Shown here piece after piece: positions 43,522 to 54,691 of a stretch of 64,000 nt of DNA; within the stretch, counting starts at the first letter, position 1, and the number at the start of each line of letters is the position of its first letter. Source of the stretch: Corallochytrium limacisporum Hawaii (taxonomy: Eukaryota; Protista; Pluriformea); the NCBI GenBank assembly GCA_002811645.1, contig PDIP01000044.1, forward strand, positions 4,286 to 68,285. The letters run 5' to 3'. The position numbers and the translations under genes are program-made. The notes beneath the pieces were generated by a model that saw nothing but the letters and a program-made list of their open reading frames with translations, did not search any database and had not been told where the DNA came from.

Positions 43522-44632
43522 AAGGGGGAGCGAACTGAGAGCCAAAGAGAGAAAAAAAAAGTATAAGTGAGGAGGGCCAGCGACGGCTGTTGTGACGGCC
43601 TGACCGAGGCGAGCGCTGAGTGGCTGGATCTTCTATTGCGGTCCCCGGGTACCGTCGCTCTGCCACCCCGGGGGTCTCCTTTTTTCCTTTCGATGTTGGC
43701 CCCCCCCCTCTCTTCACTCCCTCTGTCCCTCTCCTTTTTTCCTTGTCTCTTTTTTTTTCATTTTTTTTTTTGGTGTTCGTCACTCACCGGCCCGTGTTTT
43801 TATGCGGGTCCTGGTAGTCCGCGGCTGGAGAAGGGGCCGGGACGGGTGCCCTTGGGAGAGACCGGGGTGGGGGGGGGATGGAAAGTGTAACCTTGGGGCG
43901 TTGGGTGACATTGTGCGATATAATCTTAGGGGTTTCGCGGGAATGAATGCAACGCGTACCTATCGGGATTGGAAGGACGAGCCAGGCGCGCTCATGAGAG
44001 GATCGCCAGCCATGCTCGCTCAGCGAGAATTGTAGGGAGACAAGAGACAGGGACAGAGAAAGGACTCACGAGGAGATCGAGTCCCACACGCGCGATGCTG
44101 CCTAGTATACCATCGTTCGTGGGTTAGTAGTGCTCGGATCCGCGGCTCACGCATCAACCACCTTCAGTACTTGGATGGCAGGATGCTTGCTTGATGACAT
44201 GGGCTCTGAATCCGCGCCGGATGCTCCGATTGATGGCGGGCGCACGGTTGAAGATATTTTTACCTTTACATGCTGAATTGGCAGGGACAATGTTACGGCC
44301 CGGGACACTGGCTTTCGCATCGTGATGATCAGCGGGGCAACCCGAGCCTAAGCAGCAGTAAGGCAGTGAAGAAATGACTTGTGCGTGCGTCTTGGGTGAA
44401 AGTCCTCTCCTGTGAACAACGTATGCCACTTGGAAGATTTAAAAGGACCAGACGGCTTGAGTCTATTCTGTGCAGGAGCAGTAGTGTCCCTTAATGGTGA
44501 AGACAGCGATTTACATCTACGAGTCACTAAGCCGGATGTATCTAAGCACTTGCCCGAAACTACAAAAACCCATACAGTTGTTCTTTAATAACGAATTCAT
44601 CTATCTTCGCAAACTCGCCACATTAGCCCTTC

Positions 44633-47600
44633 TTACCGGAGCGACAAACGTGGAACAATATTCATGGCCATGAGCTCCTGGAAGAGCAGCTTGCATGCGT
44701 ATGGAATATCTATAGAAGCAACGTGGCGAGAAGTATTGCAGAAGTTACACCAGCCTGAGTACCCCATTAACCCACAATTCTGACACACATCAACCTTGAA
44801 CTGGTCGGAAGCGACCATCAACCGTTCCATGAGCAGTGAAGATGAACCGTAGCCGATGAGACAGTCACGTTCCATCTCACCGAGGCGCAAACCACCGTCT
44901 CTGCTGCGACCTTCGGTAGGCTGGCGCGTCAGGACGGCCCGCGGCCCGCGGGCGCGAGCGTGCATCTTGTCTACGACCATGTGTTTGAGTTTCTGGTAGT
45001 ACACGGGGCCAAAAAAGATGTACGACTCGAGGGGCTCACCGGTAATACCACTGGTTATGTACTCCTTGCCCAGGTAGTTGTAGCCGCGCTTGCGAAGCTC
45101 ACTGCACATATCCTCCACCTTGGCCCCACCAAAGGCCGTACCGTACTTGTACTCACCATCCATGACTGCCACCTTTCCGCTGATTAGCTCCATGAGCTTG
45201 CCCACGGTCATGCGACTCGGAAAACCATGGGGATTCATGATAATGTCGGGACAGATGCCCTGGTCGTTGAAAGGCATGTCTTCCTGGGGCACGATCAGAC
45301 CACAGACGCCTTTCTGTCCGTGTCGGCTACTGAATTTGTCACCAATTTCTGGAATACGTGTCTGGCGGAGACGAATCTTCACCAACATGTAGTCATCCGC
45401 ATTGGAAGTCAGCATGACCTTGTCGACGTAGGCATGATTTGGAGCGCGATATACCAGGGGGTTACTGATCCAACTGTTGGCCTCCGGCGGGCCCTGAATG
45501 GTGTTCTGGGTGTTGCCAGGCACCTCCTTGTTGACCAGAACCGCCCCAGGATCTACCCGCTCGTGTACTCCACACAAGCCGTCCTCCTCAAGAATTTCAA
45601 AGCGTTTGGGAGCCCGACCTTCCTTGTCCTGGGGTGCAGGCATGATCCGATCATGGGCACTGTTGGGATAACGACGAATGGTCAAAGCATGCTTGCGGTA
45701 CACTACGCAGCGGCCGAATCCACGGTCGATGGAGGCACGATTGAGAATCAGAGCATCCTCGATGTCGTAACCAGAGTAGGACATGACGGCCACAATAGCA
45801 TTCTGACCTGCCGGCAGCTTCTCAAATCCAGAAAGTTCGATTGACTTTGTCTTGACCAGGGGACGCTGGGCGTAAACCATGGTGTAGAGCAGAGTGTCAA
45901 AGCGGTGAAGTTGGTTGTACCCGATGACACCAATGCTCTGTTTACCCATGGCACACTGGTACGTGTTGCGGGGGCTCTGGTTGTGGTGCGGGAATGGCAC
46001 CAGACCGGCACAGACGCCGAGGATGGTGAAGGGTTCAATCTCCACATGGGTGTGATCCGAAGTGAGCTGAGACTCATACATAGCGATGTAGGAATCGTTC
46101 TCTTCGTTAACGTCCAGGTACTCCATGATGCCCTGACGCACAAGGTCCTCAAATTCAATCTGGCCAGACGCGACGGCATCAATGTGCTCCTTCTTGAGTT
46201 TGGACACACCGTTCTCTGCCACAATGCATGGGCGGCACACACGGCCTCCGTCGGATGCCACGCTCAGCATGCGCAGCTTCAGATTGATGCACACAGACAC
46301 GAACGGATCGATACGACCCCTGCGACGCAGGATTCGGATGGCACGTGCAAGGCGATGTGGATGCTTTGTGAGACCAGTGAGACCACCATTCAGGAACACC
46401 AGGAAGGTACCCGGCTGGTGCATGTCTTCCCCGCTGACTGCCAACAAGCTCTCCACGCCCATGTTGTAGAGAAAGCGTTCAATGGGCTTCTCATCAATGT
46501 CAGTGGTAATGTGCGTCATTAGTGCCAAATTTTTAACCAGACCACAGGCTTCACCTTCAGGCGTATCACTGGGACAGAGCATACCCCACTGCGACGGCTG
46601 CAGGGAGCGCGGGCCACTGACCTTGCGTGTCTTTTCGAATTGCGAGGAAATGCGAGTCATCATACCCAGCGCACTGATATAGGACAGACGACTCAGGACC
46701 TGCGTCACACCCTGACGTTCCATTTTGAAACGCTTGACTGTCCAGTTGCCAGTTGCAATTGCATTTACCATCCCGTTCGTGATTGTGTCCTCACGGAAAT
46801 GACGAACAATGTCAAATTGCTGCGCGCGTTGCTTGGGAATGGTCTGCTCAGCAATCTTTTTCAGGTCCGAATTGAAGCGCTTGAATAAATCCTCAAACAG
46901 AAGACTGAGCAGCCCACCGGCCAACTCCAAACGCTTGTTCCCGTAGTAATCCCTATCGTCAGCTTGTTCGCTGTCCTTCTGCGCGAGTATTACTCTGCGA
47001 ATCATCACACCCAGGTATGCGCACTTGGTCTTGAAGTTAAAGTGCTCCACAGTAACGTGACTGAGCACCAGCGAAGTGAGCAGGTCACGGGCCTCATCCA
47101 CGACAGTCTTCCGACCGTAAAAGTTTCCACCCGACACGGACGTCTTGGATGTTGAACCGGCGGCATGGTTGCCGCCTGTAGGATCGTTGGCATTCGCATT
47201 GCCGTTCGAAAGCATACCAAGATGTCCGTTACCAAGGATTCCTTCTTTGCTGTCCTCTGGGATCGAAGTCCGTTGAGACGTGTGCCCAGTGCCATTGGCA
47301 CGCCCGCCGCCCAGACTCAGGGCCGACTGTCCCTGCAAGGCGGAGGAAACGCCCGTGTTCTGCCCGGAATTCATACCACCCGGCGTGGTGGTGGTGTTCG
47401 GGTTGGTGCTGCCGGCCTGCATGGGAGCAGCACCGGCGCCGTATTTTCGCGCCTGACGGATGCGCAAACCAATCCACTCCAATGCCTGCATCTGGGTGTG
47501 AACTTCAAGGGTGTGGCACTCCTCCAGGGAGGGTCTCAAGGCCGCCAAAATGTGCGGCTCCGTTCCGACGTATTGTGAAATTTCCAGATCGTTCAGACCG

Positions 47601-48481
47601 CTCATGGCCTTCATCATGATGGCCACAGGAACATCTTCCAACAGTGCGTTCTGGCGGACGTAGTATTTACCATGTTTCACGATCACGTTAGTTCTGCTTT
47701 TGCGCTCCTGTGTGCTACTGGTCACTTGTGCACCGGCAATACCTTTGCGGTCGTGCTCAATAATTACACGGTTCTTGCTAAGTTGTTCCTGAATCAAAAT
47801 TACCTTCTCTGTACCCTTGACAATAAAGTAACCACCGGGATCTAACGGACACTCTCGCAATCTGGCCAGTTCAGCGTCCGATTTGCCATTGAGAACACAC
47901 TTACTGCTGCGCAGCATGATGGGGATGCGACCAATGCTTATGTCGTTTCTGCGCACTACATCGTTGCCGCGTGTGTACTCAACATCTACTGTGACTGTGG
48001 CAGAGTAGGTCATGTCTCTCAGCCGGCAGTCATGTGGACTAATGCCCTGGCTAACGGTGAAGATTTCCTCTGCAGTCGGCGTTCCAACGTGGACATCTGT
48101 GTAGGTCAAGTAGAAGTTCGGATCCGCGTCAATGACTAACAAACGATTCGCGTTCACAATCTTTTTCATATCCACCTCAATAAAATGATTGAAGCTCTCA
48201 ATGTGTTGCTTCACAAGGCCCTTAACTGCCAGGTATGCAGGCAGCAGTCTCCACTTGTCCTCCAGAGATTTCACTGGAGCCGTGAGTAGGGCAGGATCAT
48301 TCACAACTCCTGGCGTCTGCTTCCGACCCATTACTTGGGCTTTACTACTATGTTTCTTAACATTCTTACCAAAGGATACGGTTCGACCTTTAGGAACATC
48401 CTCTTCCTGCTTAACCCTTGAGCGGACACCAGCAGGGTCCTTGCCTTCGCGTTTCACGCTTGCTGAGGCGGCCCGTGCCAT
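44633..48481 (-). CDS. POLR3B: RNA polymerase III second-largest subunit RPC2
   Basis: [65 protein letters not shown] and [19 protein letters not shown]; Pol III-specific variants. Confidence 0.97.
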   Translation of the reverse strand: MARAASASVKREGKDPAGVRSRVKQEEDVPKGRTVSFGKNVKKHSSKAQVMGRKQTPGVVNDPALLTAPVKSLEDKWRLLPAYLAVKGLVKQHIESFNHFIEVDMKKIVNANRLLVIDADPNFYLTYTDVHVGTPTAEEIFTVSQGISPHDCRLRDMTYSATVTVDVEYTRGNDVVRRNDISIGRIPIMLRSSKCVLNGKSDAELARLRECPLDPGGYFIVKGTEKVILIQEQLSKNRVIIEHDRKGIAGAQVTSSTQERKSRTNVIVKHGKYYVRQNALLEDVPVAIMMKAMSGLNDLEISQYVGTEPHILAALRPSLEECHTLEVHTQMQALEWIGLRIRQARKYGAGAAPMQAGSTNPNTTTTPGGMNSGQNTGVSSALQGQSALSLGGGRANGTGHTSQRTSIPEDSKEGILGNGHLGMLSNGNANANDPTGGNHAAGSTSKTSVSGGNFYGRKTVVDEARDLLTSLVLSHVTVEHFNFKTKCAYLGVMIRRVILAQKDSEQADDRDYYGNKRLELAGGLLSLLFEDLFKRFNSDLKKIAEQTIPKQRAQQFDIVRHFREDTITNGMVNAIATGNWTVKRFKMERQGVTQVLSRLSYISALGMMTRISSQFEKTRKVSGPRSLQPSQWGMLCPSDTPEGEACGLVKNLALMTHITTDIDEKPIERFLYNMGVESLLAVSGEDMHQPGTFLVFLNGGLTGLTKHPHRLARAIRILRRRGRIDPFVSVCINLKLRMLSVASDGGRVCRPCIVAENGVSKLKKEHIDAVASGQIEFEDLVRQGIMEYLDVNEENDSYIAMYESQLTSDHTHVEIEPFTILGVCAGLVPFPHHNQSPRNTYQCAMGKQSIGVIGYNQLHRFDTLLYTMVYAQRPLVKTKSIELSGFEKLPAGQNAIVAVMSYSGYDIEDALILNRASIDRGFGRCVVYRKHALTIRRYPNSAHDRIMPAPQDKEGRAPKRFEILEEDGLCGVHERVDPGAVLVNKEVPGNTQNTIQGPPEANSWISNPLVYRAPNHAYVDKVMLTSNADDYMLVKIRLRQTRIPEIGDKFSSRHGQKGVCGLIVPQEDMPFNDQGICPDIIMNPHGFPSRMTVGKLMELISGKVAVMDGEYKYGTAFGGAKVEDMCSELRKRGYNYLGKEYITSGITGEPLESYIFFGPVYYQKLKHMVVDKMHARARGPRAVLTRQPTEGRSRDGGLRLGEMERDCLIGYGSSSLLMERLMVASDQFKVDVCQNCGLMGYSGWCNFCNTSRHVASIDIPYACKLLFQELMAMNIVPRLSLR

Positions 48482-49024
48482 ATTTCGGTCTGTTCCCTAG
48501 TAACTATTCACCAATTGGTACCTGAATCTTGGGCCTTTCTTGCCACCACTACGCTTTGATTTTGTTCACATCGTGCAAACTTCAAGACTGATCCGTATTT
48601 CCATGGCTGAAGGTTGGGTTGATGCTACATAATCGGTCTTCACCTACACGCTTCTATTGTGTTCAGCATGAAGTAGCATATCCCAAAAAGTGCAAGCGGA
48701 ATTCCTGTGTACGCCAGTCAGGGGGCAGTAAGTGCAGCAGCAGTCGACGAAGGTGGGAGCAGGGATCTTAGTGGGGTCGTCGCGCATTGAAACCTGCATG
48801 TGTATTGAAGTAAGTCTGGCGAAACCGTGCGGGTCTGTGTGCCACCGAGTATGACCGTGTGTGGGGAGGCCACGGGGGCCCCAGTAGGGGGCACAAGGCT
48901 CCTCCCCCCCTTCTGGGAGTCCAGTGGCTGCTGAGACCGTGTGGTCCCCTGCGCGGTGCGATGCCCACGCAGCCTCCGACTCAGAGGGGGGCCTCGGGCG
49001 ATAAAAAGGGCCGGGGGGTTGGGG

Positions 49025-49093
49025 NNNNNNNNNNNNNNNNNNNNNNNNNNNNNNNNNNNNNNNNNNNNNNNNNNNNNNNNNNNNNNNNNNNNN
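49025..49093. other. Assembly gap (69 N) inside a G-run
   Basis: N run flanked by poly(G). Confidence 0.95.
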
Positions 49094-49280
49094 GGGGGGG
49101 GAGGGGTAGGGACGGGCAGGACACGAGATTCTTTTGGGATGGTTCAGAGCACCCACACGAGAGAGATGCCACGGTAATACACCGCGATCAGGTATGAGTA
49201 GAAAGCAAAATGCGCAGAGCAATGAAAGAATTTTCGGCCAAGGCAGGCTAGTGACTATTTTGTATATCGCGTAGTGAAAT

Positions 49281-49958
49281 ATGCCAACATTAGTTGATGA
49301 TCTCCGCGCTCTGCTATCAGAGCAGGAGGAACTGGTCGAGCTGCGCGACAAGATCCGCGAGAAGGTTCGTGAAATGGATGTTCAGGGGAAGGAAATGCAG
49401 AGTTTTGCACAGCAGGTCCACACACATCCGGGGGATTTCAGTCAATTGCCCATGGAGTCCTTCACAACAGCGACCGCGGAGTTTCGTCGCTTTCTCAAGG
49501 AACTTAGTTGCATGGTGCCAGAACAGGAATACTTTCGATACAATGATCTGTGGCGTTCAGTGCTCCAGCAGGCTCTGGCCAGTGCCGCTTTGATCCATTT
49601 TTGTACGCGTCGCAATGTCATGACGCTGCAAGATGTCGAGACCATGTTTGGCATGCCTGTGGCTATGGACAATAGGTTCCACATTGATCTTGATGACTAT
49701 CTTCAATCCCTGTGCCTCATGGCCCAGGAATTGAGTCGTTTGGCAGTTAATCGCGTGGTCACGGGAGACTACAACATGCCTATGAACATTGCACAGGTTC
49801 TTCGCGAATTGTTTGGTGCCTTTAAGCTTCTGAATCTAAAGAACGATAATCTTCGGCGAAAGTTTGATGGTCTTAAGTATGACCTCAAGAAAGTTGAGGA
49901 GGTAATCTACGATCTTACTATTCGTGGTCTTCTGACCACGGAACAATCCGCATCATAG
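49281..49958 (+). CDS. TSN: Translin (C3PO subunit)
   Basis: FHIDLDDYL, ELSRLAVNRVVTGDY and LLNLKNDNLRRKFDGLKYDLKKVEEVIYDLTIRGL. Confidence 0.95.
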   Translation: MPTLVDDLRALLSEQEELVELRDKIREKVREMDVQGKEMQSFAQQVHTHPGDFSQLPMESFTTATAEFRRFLKELSCMVPEQEYFRYNDLWRSVLQQALASAALIHFCTRRNVMTLQDVETMFGMPVAMDNRFHIDLDDYLQSLCLMAQELSRLAVNRVVTGDYNMPMNIAQVLRELFGAFKLLNLKNDNLRRKFDGLKYDLKKVEEVIYDLTIRGLLTTEQSAS

Positions 49959-50039
49959 AAACCTTAGCAAATTAAAAAACAATAGGTCAAGCCATAGAAG
50001 CAGACAAAACCACCTTTTCTATTACTCTCCAGTTCTTGA

Positions 50040-52397
50040 TCACGAGGATGATGCGGATTGCTTCAGAGACTGGAGTATGAGATCCATGCCCTTGTCTTCG
50101 GTCCTTCCCTTGTCAGAATCATTGGAAACGTTCTTCTCGTACACCTTCGGCCCTTTACCCTTCTTCTTCTTGCGATCACTCTCAGGTTCGCATTTCTTCG
50201 GTGCACCTGCGAAGAGGACGTCTATTTCGTTCTCCTCTCTCGCAGCCTTGGCCTTCTTGGCCGCTGGCATGTGAGATACGTGCTCGGAAGTATCCGCATT
50301 GTAGCGCTTGCGCCTCTCTCCGTCACGTACCTCGCGCGCCCAATTTTCACGGCTGCGGGTGTAAGTTGGCAGTCGATAGTTCTGGGATAGAAACTTGCCG
50401 TGTCGAGTGCTCTGCAGCTGGTTCAGCTCTGGTGCGAGAACCTTTGCCATCTCTTCCTTCTCGACCATGTCACTACTGTCCCAGAGAGCATCAAGCACAT
50501 GAGAACCATACCTGTTCAATGCCAGCTCAAGCATGTGGGGCTTCAGTCTTTTGATCAGCTCCTTCCTAAGCGATTCACCTCGGTGCAGACCCTTGGGTCC
50601 AAGCATGGCCTCCAGCACGTGACTACCCTGCTTGTTAAACGCAAGAGCAATGAGTTCTTCTACGGGAAACCATTGGATATGCTGCAACACACGCATTCGG
50701 GGCACTTCAGAGAAACGACAGAGGCTCTGTAGAATGAGACAGCCATTGATATCCATCTTCGCTCGTTCTTTAGCTAATGGCGTTGGCCAGGACGCAATGT
50801 GTTCATAGGGACGCATATACATGATGGCAAACGGAATCAGCGAGTTGTCCGTCTGATCAACTTCCGCACCTTTGCTGCTCTCGGGCATTTTGGGGGAGAA
50901 TTCGGATATCAAACCTTTCACAATGGTCTCTTGACAGGACGGCACCGATTCCGCATGGGCGCATAAGCGGCTCACTACGCCACTGCGACTGTGGAACAGG
51001 AGCTTGGGCAACACGTCCGAACTGCAAATGGTTTCGACCAGCTCCTTAAGAATCGATTCTCCTTGAAGATTGACAATGAATGTCTGCAGAACAAAATTCG
51101 CATTCGGATGCATAGCGTAGTCGGCAATCTTTCCTTCCTGCTTCAAAAATGTACCGTACAGTTGCTTCTGGGCCTTCTTGTCGAGGACTTCCATTACCTT
51201 CTGCATTACGTGGCTACTAATTCTTCCTTTGATGAGCATGTCAAAGCGGTTGGCATCGCTGACTTCTTTGCCATTATGAAGGTCCAACCCGCACAAAACC
51301 CGCAAGAGTCCCTTCGCCAGCAAAGGGATGGAAGGGGGTGCACAGATCAAGCAAGAGCTGACCAGTGGTGCTCCCACAGTGTCTCCCGCCAGGTTGATCA
51401 CCCGTTTCGCGTCCAAGGATTCATATAAGTTCTTTACATCAGCCTCGCTGGAGACTTCTTCCTTGCCAACCGGTCGGCCCAGCAAACACGTTGTGATGAG
51501 AGCGGCCGCCATTGGCTGAACCATGGGGTCTGCATAGCATCTTTCCGAGGCCTGTATATTAGCCATGTCCACTTGTGCATCGCTGTTGGCCTCCCGAAAG
51601 TCTCGGAACGACCCCTGTCGCCATTTGCGGCTGGACTGACTGCTCTGCAGATCCTGGGGCATTGCCATTCCGGCAGACACAAAGATCAAGGAACGCAAGA
51701 CATGGTTCGCATAGGGATCTGCAATGAGGTCGTCAATTGCGACGGCCTTGGTTTCGTCGTCGGTGTCGGACTTGGTCATCATATCCAGGAAAGCTTGACT
51801 TGTGTCCGCAACCAACTGCCGGTAGGTCCTCAGACCATGCTTGGCACCTTCCATTTCTTCACCCCGTTCCTCAAGGTCCATTTCGGTGTCCATAAATGTG
51901 GTGCTAAGATGCAGCAACGTCTGCAGAACGTGAGAACCGAACCGATCCGTGGCCATTTGCAGCAAGTGATCCATGATACGGTCAAGAAATACACGCAAGT
52001 GGAACCCAGAGCAGAGCTGCAAAACCTTCTCGATCACACGGCAGCAGTCTGGCTGACACGAGTAGTCGACTTCTCGGCCGTTGATCTGTTCCAAAACATT
52101 TTCCACCATAATAGTACGATCTTCTTTGTCATCCAACACATTTTCCTCCGAAGTTCCATCGAGAAGTCGTTCAATACGCTTAAAGTACTCAATGTCTTCT
52201 TCGACAAGGTAGTTGCGTTGGAATCCCCAGGAATTTGGCTGACTTACATTCTGCTGACTCCGCGTGTCTTCATAGTATCCCAGGCCATCTTGACGCTGAT
52301 CATTGTCATAGTCAGACGCTCCTCCCAAAGGTTGAAGGTTAGGATTGTCGCGCGGTTGCTCCGGCCGGCGTCGTCCCTTTCCTGCGCGACGGCCCAT
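50040..52397 (-). CDS. NOP9: Nucleolar protein 9 (Pumilio/PUF-repeat, 18S rRNA maturation)
   Basis: EYFKRIE, DRFGSHVLQT, YANHVLRSL, SSHVMQ, HPNANFVLQ, GSHVLEA and YGSHVLDALW repeats. Confidence 0.88.
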   Translation of the reverse strand: MGRRAGKGRRRPEQPRDNPNLQPLGGASDYDNDQRQDGLGYYEDTRSQQNVSQPNSWGFQRNYLVEEDIEYFKRIERLLDGTSEENVLDDKEDRTIMVENVLEQINGREVDYSCQPDCCRVIEKVLQLCSGFHLRVFLDRIMDHLLQMATDRFGSHVLQTLLHLSTTFMDTEMDLEERGEEMEGAKHGLRTYRQLVADTSQAFLDMMTKSDTDDETKAVAIDDLIADPYANHVLRSLIFVSAGMAMPQDLQSSQSSRKWRQGSFRDFREANSDAQVDMANIQASERCYADPMVQPMAAALITTCLLGRPVGKEEVSSEADVKNLYESLDAKRVINLAGDTVGAPLVSSCLICAPPSIPLLAKGLLRVLCGLDLHNGKEVSDANRFDMLIKGRISSHVMQKVMEVLDKKAQKQLYGTFLKQEGKIADYAMHPNANFVLQTFIVNLQGESILKELVETICSSDVLPKLLFHSRSGVVSRLCAHAESVPSCQETIVKGLISEFSPKMPESSKGAEVDQTDNSLIPFAIMYMRPYEHIASWPTPLAKERAKMDINGCLILQSLCRFSEVPRMRVLQHIQWFPVEELIALAFNKQGSHVLEAMLGPKGLHRGESLRKELIKRLKPHMLELALNRYGSHVLDALWDSSDMVEKEEMAKVLAPELNQLQSTRHGKFLSQNYRLPTYTRSRENWAREVRDGERRKRYNADTSEHVSHMPAAKKAKAAREENEIDVLFAGAPKKCEPESDRKKKKGKGPKVYEKNVSNDSDKGRTEDKGMDLILQSLKQSASSS

Positions 52398-52969
52398 TTT
52401 TAGTGACCTTTCCTGACAACCACGTACCGCCTTCTATGATTAACGAGACATTGCATAGTGTGACTTCAATAGTACACACAGTGCATGTTCCTCTGAGTTG
52501 ATTATCCATTATGATATGCAGAAGGAGAAGCGGCCCTCAAATAGCAATGTACTTTTTTGCAGCATTGCAGAAGGTGTTGTGTGTGCGTGTATGCGTGTGC
52601 TCGTTTGGCCCACCATTCCATCCGGCTTCCACGCGGGTCAGAGCTGAGAGGGAAAAAAATCCACAACGGGTCGAAAACAATTTGCAAATGGCCCAGCCCC
52701 CTCCCCCCCTCCCTCTGGGGAGCGGGCGGAGTTGGGACCTCTGTTGTGCTCAACTGCACGCACAGAATTTCCGGACATGGCGGCTTCGAAGTGAGCGAAA
52801 GCGAGTCCAAAGTTCATCATGGTCCCAGGGCGATTGAACGAACCGCGGGAAGCACCAATATGACATTTATGCACGTATGGATAATTTATTGACGATGGAT
52901 GATGTAGAGATGAACGACTCATGAATTGGAGACTCATTCCCTTTAAGTTTTGGTGTGGGTCATTGTACT

Positions 52970-54691
52970 TTATGCACGAGACAAATCGCGACCAAAGAAC
53001 AAAGATTTGGTCCAGTCTGTGGAGACACTCATGCGATTGCGCACACTCATCAGCTTTGTAAAGTATACACTGCGCCACATCATGAACGTGGCAAGACCAC
53101 TGGAGATGTGCTGGTCTCCAAAGTCGGCCACGGCAGTATGATCTCCGATGTACGCAAAGGATCCGAAGTGGCGGTATTGAAAATCAGGTTCCTCCTCAAG
53201 GGCTTCCAGAAGCTCTTCCGTGGCCTTGTTCCGATCCGTAGTCCGAGCCTTTGTCCGATGGGCAAGGGTGTATTTGTTCAGAGGTTCCGCCAACCGATTC
53301 AATACCCGTCCCAAATATTTTCCTTCTTGGCTGGCTACTTGAGCGGTTGGCGCAAGGCCGGCAAGGGCGCAGTCACCAATCGCAAACACCGGGCCGTGCT
53401 CCTGTAGATCCTGCTTGGAAGGCGTCACGGCCAAAAACTTGCCATTCACGGTCAGTCCTCGGATGTGAGCCTTGGGATTTTTGGCTAAGTCTTGATGCAA
53501 TAACTTGGCCAGCTTGACAGTCACCGGTCTTGCAGCAACTCCACTTGCCCAAATAAATGCGCCATAGGGAATGTAGTCCTCCGTGTCTTTGACCTCACCG
53601 TTCTTGATTTCGCGTTTAGCAAGGTAAATGTTTTCGCTGTCAACCTTCACAACTTTGGAATTTGTCAAAACTTCGATCTTACCAATCTTTTCCAATTGGT
53701 TTTGCGTGTACTGAATGAGGTGCTCCTCAAACATGCCGAGTACTTTCGGTGCAGCTTCCACCAGAGTGATCTTTGTGTAGGGCGCAAGATCCTTGAATGC
53801 AGTGCTCAAGTCGTTCTTGATAAAGTCACTTAATTCCGCAGCAGTCTCCACACCTGTTGGACCACCTCCTACTACAACAAACTGAAGAAGCTGTCGCTTT
53901 TCTTCTTCGGTGACATGTGGTAGATTCGCTCTCTCAAACATGTCCATGATCCGACCACGTACGCGCTTGGCATCCGGAAGCTCCTTCATAAAGAGAGCAT
54001 GGTCCTTCACTCCAGAGATATTGAAAGTTGCAGGCTGCATACCCACTGCCGTGACCAGAATATCATAGTCAATCTCAAACTCCTCTTCGGCATGTTTACT
54101 GCTCTTGCTGACTACCTCTTTCGAGTCTTTCCCCGTAGTCGTGCGCTTCAACTTCAACTTGCGTGATTTTGTGTCGACGTCGATGCATTCTGCCTCTATG
54201 AACTGAGCATTGTCAGCATCAGAGCGGCTACAGTACTTCCGGATGGGTTCAATGATTGAACGAGGTTCAATTGTACCACTCGTTGTTGACGGCAGTAGTG
54301 GGGTGAACAGGAAGTAGTTCCGGGGAGACACGATGGTCACCCTAAATTTGTCCGTGTGCAACTTCCGCAGCATAGACATGGCACCCCAGCCAGTCCCTAA
54401 GATAACCAAGCGAGGTCTCCGCTCAGTTTCTTGGGGATGAAGACGAGGACGGAACTTGTCCGTGACCAGATCAAAGTCGTCATTAATTGTACTGTCAACG
54501 ACGTAAAAGACGACCAGACCAGTGCCAGCGAGAAGAAATCCTTGCATTCCCCGGTGCAACATTGTTTTGGTGGGTCGACCTTTGATGTCATAGCTGTTGC
54601 TCATGAGACGTGTTGCGTTCAGGTACGGTTGCCACCGCTGGGCAACAACCCGTCGTCCTACAGACAACGCTTTACTCAGGCTCCCGAGCAT
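52970..54691 (-). CDS. Type II (rotenone-insensitive) mitochondrial NADH:ubiquinone oxidoreductase, NDE/NDH2 family
   Basis: Presequence-like N-terminus plus TM segment. RLVILGTGWG, SPRNYFLFTPLLPS, VVGGGPTGVE, AIGDC, AQVASQEGKY and C-terminal DW..FFGRD. Confidence 0.95.
   Translation of the reverse strand: MLGSLSKALSVGRRVVAQRWQPYLNATRLMSNSYDIKGRPTKTMLHRGMQGFLLAGTGLVVFYVVDSTINDDFDLVTDKFRPRLHPQETERRPRLVILGTGWGAMSMLRKLHTDKFRVTIVSPRNYFLFTPLLPSTTSGTIEPRSIIEPIRKYCSRSDADNAQFIEAECIDVDTKSRKLKLKRTTTGKDSKEVVSKSSKHAEEEFEIDYDILVTAVGMQPATFNISGVKDHALFMKELPDAKRVRGRIMDMFERANLPHVTEEEKRQLLQFVVVGGGPTGVETAAELSDFIKNDLSTAFKDLAPYTKITLVEAAPKVLGMFEEHLIQYTQNQLEKIGKIEVLTNSKVVKVDSENIYLAKREIKNGEVKDTEDYIPYGAFIWASGVAARPVTVKLAKLLHQDLAKNPKAHIRGLTVNGKFLAVTPSKQDLQEHGPVFAIGDCALAGLAPTAQVASQEGKYLGRVLNRLAEPLNKYTLAHRTKARTTDRNKATEELLEALEEEPDFQYRHFGSFAYIGDHTAVADFGDQHISSGLATFMMWRSVYFTKLMSVRNRMSVSTDWTKSLFFGRDLSRA

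Noticed and set aside
38574-43890. ORFs encoding poly-ER, poly-SL, poly-S and poly-W
   Set aside because: These are translations of GA/AGT/TGG microsatellites.
47115-47440. Intein in RPC2
   Set aside because: No Cys/Ser-start block, no His-Asn end, no endonuclease motifs; low complexity.
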